Shown: positions 25,413 to 32,000 of the stretch, piece after piece | Layout: each line of letters opens with the position of its first letter | Position numbering within the stretch: position 1 is the first letter of the stretch | Source: an uncultured Clostridia bacterium | Lineage (GTDB): Bacteria > Bacillota > Clostridia > TANB77 > CAG-508 | Direction: 5' to 3' | DNA length: 32,000 bases | NCBI GenBank assembly: GCA_948676835.1 | Contig: CAPOZU010000004.1 | Location: 99,149-131,148 of the forward strand | Notes under the pieces: model-generated | Told to the model about the DNA's origin: nothing | Databases searched by the model: none | The model's input: the letters and a program-made list of their open reading frames with translations, nothing else | Program-made: the position numbers and the translations under genes

Positions 25413-28379
25413 ATGAAGAATGAACTAGAAGACATAAAAAAAACACTTAAAAAGTATGGACAAGAACATTTACTTTTAAAATATGATGAAATGAATGATG
25501 AACAAAAAGAAGAATTATTAGAGCAAATTAGAACTATAGATTTTGAATTAATGAAAAATTTATATGAAAAAGCTAGCAAACCAGCTGATTTAGAAACAGT
25601 TACAATTGAACCAATTGAGCATGTAGATAAATCAAAATTAACAGTTGGCGAACGTGAAATGTATGAGAAAAAAGGTATCGAAGCTATCAAATATAATAAA
25701 TTTGCTGCTGTTACAATGGCTGGAGGACAAGGTACTAGACTTGGACATAAAGGACCTAAAGGAACATTTATATTTGATGTTGAGAAAAATAAATCCATAT
25801 TTGAAACTTTATGTGATACATTAAAAGAAGCTTGGAGAAAGTATGATACAGTAATACCTTGGTATTTAATGACAAGTAGAGAAAACAATGATGCTACAGT
25901 TAAATTTTTTGAGGAAAATAATTATTTTGGATATCCAAAAGATGCTATAAAATTCTTCAAACAAGGTGAATTACCTATGATTTCCCTTAATGGAAAAATT
26001 TTACTTGATAAAAATGGAATGGTAAAGAAAGCAGCCAATGGACATGGAGGAACATTGCAATCAATGGAAAAGGCTGGAGTTCTTGATGAAATGAAAGCAA
26101 ATGGAATTGAATGGGTATTTGTTAATGGTGTTGATAATGTTTTAGTAAAACCAGTAGATCCACTATTAATTGGTATGTCTATTCATAATAAAGTATTAGG
26201 AGCTGTTAAATCAATAGAAAAAACAGATCCAAAAGAAAATGTTGGTGTATTCTGTAGAAAAAATAAAAAAGTAGGTGTTGTTGAATACACTGAAATTTCA
26301 GAAGAAATGGCTAACTTAAGAGATGATGATAGATCTTTAGTATATGGAGATGCAAATGCAATTTTCCATTTATACAATATCAAAGGATTAGAAAAAGTAA
26401 GTGAATTAAGCTTACCATATCATACAGCTAAAAAGAAAGCAGATTATATTGATGAAAATGGTAAAGAAGTAATTGGTGATAAACCAAATGCATATAAATT
26501 TGAAATGTTTATTTTTGATTCATATGAAATGTTTGATGATGTAGTTGTTTTAAGAGTAAAAAGAGAGGAAGAATTTGCACCTATTAAAAATGCACAAGGT
26601 GCAGATAGTCCAGAAACAGCTAGAAAATTATATACAGATTATATGAATAAAGTTGAATATACAAATAAATATAAAGATTGGTCTACAAATCCAATATTTG
26701 ATGAAGAAACAAGAAAAGAACTTTTATCAATAGCTGGAAATGAAGAAGAAATAAAAGATAGATTCTATAAAGATTTAGAATTTGGAACTGCTGGAATGAG
26801 AGGAATTATTGGTAATGGTACAAATAGAATGAATATTTATACTGTTACAAAAGCAACTCAAGGTTTAGCAAACTATATTTTAAGACAAGGAACAGAAAAT
26901 AAAGGTGTTGCAATTGCATATGATTCAAGAAATATGTCACCTGAATTTAGTCAAGCTACAGCACTTTGCTTAAATGCAAATGGAATTAAAACATACATAT
27001 TTGATTCATTAAGACCAGTTCCAGAATTATCATTTGCTGTTAGAGAATTAGGATGTACAGCTGGTGTTATGATTACAGCAAGCCATAATCCACCAGAATA
27101 TAATGGATATAAAGTATACTGGGATGATGGAGCTCAAATCGTTTCTCCATACGATAAAGGTATTATTGCAGAAGTTAATAAAGTAAAAGATTATTCTTTA
27201 ATTAGAAATATTTCTTTAGAAGAAGCTAAAAAACTAAGACTTTATAATGTAATTGGAAAAGCAATGGATAAACTTTATTTAAAAGCGATAAAAAAACAAG
27301 TCTTAAATCCAGAAGTTATTAAAGAAGTTGAAAAAGATTTAAAAATAGTTTATACACCATTACATGGAACAGGAAATATTCCAGTTCAAACAGTATTAGA
27401 AGATTTAGGATTTTCAAATGTTTATGTTGTTCCAGAACAAGAATTACCAAATGGAAGTTTCCCAACAGTGGATTATCCAAATCCAGAAGATATTAAAGCA
27501 TTTGATTTAGCTATAAAACTTGCAAATAAAGAAAATGCAGATATCATTTTAGCAACAGATCCTGATGCAGATAGACTTGGAGTTTTAGCGAAAGATTCTA
27601 AAACTGGTGAATATAAAACATTTACAGGAAATATGTCTGGATTATTAATTGCAGAGTATATTTTATCTCAAAAGAAGGAAAAAGGAATATTACCAAAAAA
27701 CGGAGCATTAATAACAACTATAGTTTCTTCAAATTTGGCACAAGCAATTAGTAAAGAATATAAAATTGATTTTATTGAAGTATTAACAGGATTTAAATAT
27801 ATAGGAGAACAAATTAGAAAATTTGAAACATCAGGAAATAAAGAATATCTATTTGGATTTGAGGAAAGCTATGGATGCCTAGTAGGAACTCACGCAAGAG
27901 ATAAGGATGCTATAACGGCTGTTATGCTTCTTTGTGAAGCTGCTGCTTACTATAAAAAACAAGGATTAACTTTATGGGATCAAATGATGAATATATATAA
28001 TAAATATGGATTCTATAAAGAAGGAATTTCTACAATTACTTTAAAAGGTGCTGATGGAGCAATAAAAATGAAAGAATTATTAGATTCTATTAGAAACAAT
28101 CCACCAAAAGAATTAGGCGGATATAAAGTAACTAAAGTTAGAGATTATAAAACAGGAGTTATTGTTGATACAAAGACAGGAAAAGAAACAGAAACAGGAC
28201 TACCTACATCAAATGTTTTATATTATGATTTACAAGATGACGCTTGGTGTTGTGTAAGGCCATCTGGAACAGAACCAAAAGTTAAATTCTACATGGGTGT
28301 TAAAGGAAAATCTATGGAAGATGCAGATACAAAACTTCAAAAATTAGCAAACTCTATGATGAAATTATCAGAAAAATAG
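25413..28379 (+). CDS. Bifunctional fusion: UDP-sugar (UDP-GlcNAc/UDP-hexose) pyrophosphorylase of the UDPGP/UAP type (aa 1-410) joined to an alpha-D-phosphohexomutase of the PgcA/PGM-PMM type (aa 411-988)
   Basis: AAGGGAGGAG RBS. The N-terminal half carries AAVTMAGGQGTRLGHKGPKG, the UDPGP nucleotide-binding loop, and VNGVDN. The C-terminal half carries the phosphoserine loop TASHNPPEYNGYKVY, the metal loop DPDADRLG, and GFEESYG. The junction is ...TARKLYTDY-MNKVEYTNKYKDW..., with an in-frame ATG at 26643. Confidence 0.85.
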   Translation: MKNELEDIKKTLKKYGQEHLLLKYDEMNDEQKEELLEQIRTIDFELMKNLYEKASKPADLETVTIEPIEHVDKSKLTVGEREMYEKKGIEAIKYNKFAAVTMAGGQGTRLGHKGPKGTFIFDVEKNKSIFETLCDTLKEAWRKYDTVIPWYLMTSRENNDATVKFFEENNYFGYPKDAIKFFKQGELPMISLNGKILLDKNGMVKKAANGHGGTLQSMEKAGVLDEMKANGIEWVFVNGVDNVLVKPVDPLLIGMSIHNKVLGAVKSIEKTDPKENVGVFCRKNKKVGVVEYTEISEEMANLRDDDRSLVYGDANAIFHLYNIKGLEKVSELSLPYHTAKKKADYIDENGKEVIGDKPNAYKFEMFIFDSYEMFDDVVVLRVKREEEFAPIKNAQGADSPETARKLYTDYMNKVEYTNKYKDWSTNPIFDEETRKELLSIAGNEEEIKDRFYKDLEFGTAGMRGIIGNGTNRMNIYTVTKATQGLANYILRQGTENKGVAIAYDSRNMSPEFSQATALCLNANGIKTYIFDSLRPVPELSFAVRELGCTAGVMITASHNPPEYNGYKVYWDDGAQIVSPYDKGIIAEVNKVKDYSLIRNISLEEAKKLRLYNVIGKAMDKLYLKAIKKQVLNPEVIKEVEKDLKIVYTPLHGTGNIPVQTVLEDLGFSNVYVVPEQELPNGSFPTVDYPNPEDIKAFDLAIKLANKENADIILATDPDADRLGVLAKDSKTGEYKTFTGNMSGLLIAEYILSQKKEKGILPKNGALITTIVSSNLAQAISKEYKIDFIEVLTGFKYIGEQIRKFETSGNKEYLFGFEESYGCLVGTHARDKDAITAVMLLCEAAAYYKKQGLTLWDQMMNIYNKYGFYKEGISTITLKGADGAIKMKELLDSIRNNPPKELGGYKVTKVRDYKTGVIVDTKTGKETETGLPTSNVLYYDLQDDAWCCVRPSGTEPKVKFYMGVKGKSMEDADTKLQKLANSMMKLSEK

Positions 28380-28390
28380 ATTAATAAAAT

Positions 28391-28437
28391 AAACTCAAAT
28401 TGTTAAATTAAAGTTTAGCAATTTGGGTTTATTTTTA
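28391..28437 (+). terminator. Intrinsic terminator after the fusion gene
   Basis: AAACTCAAATTG (28391-28402) pairs with CAATTTGGGTTT (28419-28430); one pair is G-U. ATTTTTAT follows. Confidence 0.65.
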
Positions 28438-28559
28438 TGTAAAAATTTTGTAAAAAAATTGTTGTAATATCGTTAAAATATATTGACAAAAAATGAATTT
28501 AATGAAAGAATATTGTAGAGAAATTGTACGGAAATAAACGCTTTGGAGGCATTATTTTA

Positions 28560-31500
28560 ATGAAGAATTCAAAAATAAAAGTAGCTAAAATAATACTATT
28601 TATTTTACTAATTTTTATATTAATTTTTAATTTAATATCAACGAAAAGTTATGCAGCTACAGTAATAATAGATTCAGACTCTGAAATAATTAATGATGAT
28701 GAAATTTTTAATTATAAATTAAGGTTTGACAGCAAAATGGTTACATTTGATTTTATATTAGAGTATGATGCAGATTATATAGAATTTTTGGGTGTAAACA
28801 CGCCAAATGTTGAATATAGCGAATTAGAATATGGAAAAGTTATTGTTTTATATGTAGATGAAGAGGGAAACGGAACCAATAATATTGATATAAACTTTAA
28901 AGCAAATAAAGATAAATTTACAGATGATACTAGAGCTAAAATTAAAGCAATAGATATAAATGCATATTCTGTAACTAAAGGTCATGCATATTCTTCTAAA
29001 GATTTCGATTTAAGTATGACTAAAATGGAAGTTATGAAGATAAAAAAAGGTGATAATTCTTCAGATGATAAAGATTACATACATAAAAATGATCAAAACA
29101 GTAATAATGTGGGAGGAAATGGCTCATATACATATAACTATTATTACTACTATTATAATAACAATGATTCAAATGTAGGAAATATAAAAAATGACCAAAA
29201 TAAAAACAATACTTCTAATAACAATGAAATAGATGGAGAATTCTTTTATGGTACAAAAACGAATACTATTACAGATGGTGTAGGAGCTATTGATAATAAT
29301 GACGATACCAAAAAAGATGGTCAATTACTAATATTCACTCCTGAACCACCAGATGAAAATGAAGGAGATATTCCTTTCACAGGAACAAGAACTTCAAAAA
29401 TTGCAACATTGCTATTAGTTTTATTAATTATACATACGATATATGTATTTTTTAAATCACGTAATAATAAAATGAATTTTTATATGGCATTTGCATTAGG
29501 ATTGATTTTATTTGGAGCTGTAGATTCAAACGCAGCAGGAAATATATTTATTAGAAATTATGATAGAATTAAAAATTTTGAAAATATAATTATAGTAATG
29601 CCAGATTTGCAAAATAGAAATGTAAACAAATCAGATTTTGTTGCTATTCAAAATTCAAATAATTTAAATATCTTAAAAGTAACAGATAAAAATGCAGATA
29701 TTATAGGAAATGATGAATTAATTACAACAGGAAGCAATATATATACTAGCGAAAAGAAAAACTATAAAGTTTTATTATATGGAGATGTAAATTGTGATGG
29801 AAATATAAATTCTAATGATATAGCAGAAATAATAGTACACAAATTAAATAATGTTGAGCTTGAAGGAATAATTAGAAAAGCAGCAAATGTATATAATGAA
29901 AATGATATAGATGATAAAGAAATTGATGGTAACGATATAGAAGTAATTAAAAAATATATTCTAAGAACATTAAGAGGAAATCTTGTTAATAGTTTTCCAG
30001 AAGAATTGCCTAAAGGAATAAGCATAATTTATGAAAAATCTGAAATGGATGTTAGACAAGAACAACAATTAAGATACATTGTAGATCCAAGTAATATGAC
30101 AGTTGATGATGTAGAATGGACAAGTAATAATGAAAAAATAGCTACAGTAGATGAAAATGGTAAAGTAACAGCAAAGGGAAGTGGAACGGTATATATAACA
30201 GCAATGTCAAAAAGTGATAGTGTATTAAATGATACAATATCAATTAAAGTTGCTGATATTCCTACTAATGTTAGAATGCACCTTCATCAGATTCAATTTG
30301 AACTTGGAGAAACAAGACAATTAGGTGCAACTGTAGAACCTGCTACTGCAAAAAATAAAAATGTATTATGGAGTACAAGTAATGCAAGTATTGTAAGTGT
30401 AGACCAAACAGGAAAGATAACAGCAGTAAATGAAGGAACAGCAACAATAAAAGTAACAACAGAAGAAGGAAGACTTACAGATACTTGTGAAGTAATAGTT
30501 TATGAACAAGATGTTACAAAGCCTGGATTTGAATCACAAGTACAAGGCATAAAAATAAATAAAGCTTCTACTACTTTGAAAAAAGGAGAAACAGAACAAT
30601 TAGAAGCTTCTGTATTCCCATCAACAGCAATGTTCCAAGGAGTTTCATGGAAATCTTCTAATCCAGAAGTTGCAACAGTTTCTTCAAAAGGAAAGGTTAA
30701 GGCAATATCTTCTGGTATGGCTGTAATAACAGTAAAAAGTAATGATGGCGGATTTACTGATACATGTGTTGTGACAGTTGATAAAATTAATGTAACAGGA
30801 ATAAGTTTAAATAAAACATCAATAAGACTAAATAATGGAGAAACAGAAACTTTAATACCTACTGTTAGACCAAGTGATGCTACAAACAAAGAAGTTGTTT
30901 GGAGTACAGCAAATTCATTAGTAGCAACGGTAGTAGATGGAAAAGTAACTGCTAGAGGAGCTGGTGTAACAACAATATCAGCTAAAACAAAAGATGGTGG
31001 ACGTGTTGCTGTGTGCGCAGTACAAGTAAATCCAACTAATGTAACAGGTATAGAATTAGATAGGCAAGATGTAGCAATTTATGTTGATAAATCTTTGAAG
31101 ATAACTGCTACAGTAACTCCTGTAAATGCGGATAACAAAAATGTAATATGGGAAAGCAGTAATGAAGATATATTTACAGTAGATGCTTTTGGAAATATTA
31201 CGGGAGTTAGTAGAGGAACGGCAACATTAACAGCAAGAACAGCAGATGGAAATAAAACAGCAACTTGTAGAGTTACAGTAATAGAAGAAGAAATTCATGT
31301 AGAAAGTATAAAATTAAATAGAAATCAAATTATTGTAAAAGAAGGCGAATTTGAAAATCTAACTACAACTATTACTCCAGAAAGTGCAACAAATAAAAAT
31401 GTAACGTGGACTTCAAGTAACCCAACTGTTGCAGAAGTTGATTCTAACGGAAAAGTATTAGGAAAAAAAGAAGGTTTATCACTAATAACTGTGAAAACTC

Positions 31501-32000
31501 AAGATGGATATAAAACAGCAACATGTGAAGTAACAGTAACAAAAGTAGTTAAACCAGTAATGAGTGTTTCTCTAAATAAAACTACGTTAACTTTAAATGA
31601 AAATGAAAGTGAAACATTAGTTGCTACAATAGATCCAATAGATGCAGATAATAGAAATGTAACTTGGAGATCAATTAATACAAGAATTGCAGAAGTTGAT
31701 TCTAATGGAAAAATAACGGCAAAAGAACCAGGAAAAACAACTATAATTGTTACAACAGAATATGGAGGAAAAACAGCAACATGTGATGTTATAGTTAATA
31801 AAGTTTTTGTACCAGTAACTAGTGTAAGTTTAAATAAAACATCAATTACATTAGAAAAAAATCAAAAAGAAATTTTATTAGCCAACATAGAACCAGAAAA
31901 TGCGGATAATAAGGAATTAAGATGGACATCAAGTGATACAGCTATTGCAACAGTTGAACAAAATGGAGAAGTAACAGCAAGAGGCGCAGGAAATGCAATC
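28560..32000 (+). CDS. Large surface protein, open at the right edge. Order of modules: signal peptide, cohesin-like module, Asn/Tyr-rich linker, internal IPFTG sorting-signal-like element, second hydrophobic/signal-like segment, dockerin, then at least 8 Big_2 domains.
   Basis: Absent from the track because there is no stop in the window. I translated from ATG 28560 (TTGGAGG RBS) and found no in-frame stop to 32000. The absence of any + ORF in the track for this region agrees with that. The dockerin is YGDVNCDGNINSNDIAEII...IDGNDIEVIKKYIL. The Big_2 repeats read e.g. VTWTSSNPTVAEVDSNGKV...TATCEVTV. Confidence 0.8.
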   Translation, partial: MKNSKIKVAKIILFILLIFILIFNLISTKSYAATVIIDSDSEIINDDEIFNYKLRFDSKMVTFDFILEYDADYIEFLGVNTPNVEYSELEYGKVIVLYVDEEGNGTNNIDINFKANKDKFTDDTRAKIKAIDINAYSVTKGHAYSSKDFDLSMTKMEVMKIKKGDNSSDDKDYIHKNDQNSNNVGGNGSYTYNYYYYYYNNNDSNVGNIKNDQNKNNTSNNNEIDGEFFYGTKTNTITDGVGAIDNNDDTKKDGQLLIFTPEPPDENEGDIPFTGTRTSKIATLLLVLLIIHTIYVFFKSRNNKMNFYMAFALGLILFGAVDSNAAGNIFIRNYDRIKNFENIIIVMPDLQNRNVNKSDFVAIQNSNNLNILKVTDKNADIIGNDELITTGSNIYTSEKKNYKVLLYGDVNCDGNINSNDIAEIIVHKLNNVELEGIIRKAANVYNENDIDDKEIDGNDIEVIKKYILRTLRGNLVNSFPEELPKGISIIYEKSEMDVRQEQQLRYIVDPSNMTVDDVEWTSNNEKIATVDENGKVTAKGSGTVYITAMSKSDSVLNDTISIKVADIPTNVRMHLHQIQFELGETRQLGATVEPATAKNKNVLWSTSNASIVSVDQTGKITAVNEGTATIKVTTEEGRLTDTCEVIVYEQDVTKPGFESQVQGIKINKASTTLKKGETEQLEASVFPSTAMFQGVSWKSSNPEVATVSSKGKVKAISSGMAVITVKSNDGGFTDTCVVTVDKINVTGISLNKTSIRLNNGETETLIPTVRPSDATNKEVVWSTANSLVATVVDGKVTARGAGVTTISAKTKDGGRVAVCAVQVNPTNVTGIELDRQDVAIYVDKSLKITATVTPVNADNKNVIWESSNEDIFTVDAFGNITGVSRGTATLTARTADGNKTATCRVTVIEEEIHVESIKLNRNQIIVKEGEFENLTTTITPESATNKNVTWTSSNPTVAEVDSNGKVLGKKEGLSLITVKTQDGYKTATCEVTVTKVVKPVMSVSLNKTTLTLNENESETLVATIDPIDADNRNVTWRSINTRIAEVDSNGKITAKEPGKTTIIVTTEYGGKTATCDVIVNKVFVPVTSVSLNKTSITLEKNQKEILLANIEPENADNKELRWTSSDTAIATVEQNGEVTARGAGNAI
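29370..29540 (+). other. Internal tripartite sorting-signal-like element (IPFTG, hydrophobic helix, KSRNNK) followed directly by a signal-peptide-like segment starting with Met
   Basis: Codons att cct ttc aca gga at 29370-29384 encode IPFTG. Then come TRTSKIATLLLVLLIIHTIYVFF and KSRNNK. ATG 29472 then opens MNFYMAFALGLILFGAVDSNAAG. There is no in-frame stop between the two parts. Confidence 0.6.
30020..32000 (+). repeat. Tandem Big_2 (bacterial Ig-like group 2) domain repeats with a period of about 80-85 aa: seven complete plus one truncated by the window edge
   Basis: Each unit follows V.(S/G)I.LN....L..GE...L.A.V.P..A.NK.V.W.S.N..(I/V)A.VD..GK(V/I)TA...G.A.I...T.DG.K.A.C.V.V. Confidence 0.8.

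Noticed and set aside
25376-25888. 170-aa minus-strand ORF overlapping the start of the pyrophosphorylase-mutase fusion
   Set aside because: The plus strand carries a clear RBS and the UDPGP motif here. The antisense product is hydrophobic and low in complexity. The same reasoning applies to 2494-2733, 3438-3656, 23644-23886, 24798-25001, 26183-26383, 29762-30025 and 30500-30889.
30020-32000. Sequence periodicity of about 250 nt that could be mistaken for a satellite or CRISPR-like array
   Set aside because: The periodicity is in frame and corresponds to Big_2 protein domains. The units have diverged at the DNA level, and there is no repeat/unique-spacer organisation.

Overview
This is a low-GC chromosomal segment, about 25% G+C in the 60-nt lines I hand-counted. 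It looks like a spore-forming Firmicute (Clostridia-like), because it carries spoIIR with a sigma-F-type promoter and a GerM-like gene. I saw no rRNA, tRNA, CRISPR array, transposase or integrase.

Housekeeping genes:
- A partial acyl-CoA dehydratase activase-type gene (minus strand, runs off the left edge).
- A GerMN-domain protein, a YabB/TrmN6-type methyltransferase and rsmI.
- tex, then a convergent murA plus MBL-fold hydrolase operon, and spoIIR.
- A small orphan gene, and an unusual in-frame fusion of a UDP-sugar pyrophosphorylase to a phosphohexomutase.

Two very large surface-protein loci dominate the rest:
1. A gene of about 13.3 kb (about 4,400 codons) for an LPXTG-anchored adhesin, 5288-18575. 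It is split into two overlapping ORFs by a +1 frame change. It contains SpaA/Cna-B-type domains, an array of about 3.5 kb of beta-propeller-like blades, MucBP-like domains and CnaB domains. It is preceded by a perfect (AC)20 microsatellite inside a small leader ORF and by a 25-bp hairpin.
2. An open-ended ORF (28560 to beyond 32000). It combines a cohesin-like module, an internal sortase-type sorting signal, a second signal-peptide-like segment, a dockerin and at least 8 Big_2 repeats.

The most anomalous element is a single 684-nt ORF of about 55-63% G+C (21050-21733). It sits between tex and the MBL gene, behind a perfect TTGACA-N17-TATAAT promoter and ahead of a strong bidirectional terminator. 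I could recognise no mobility genes and no protein family for it.

All calls come from reading and translating the sequence by eye. No database search was possible.
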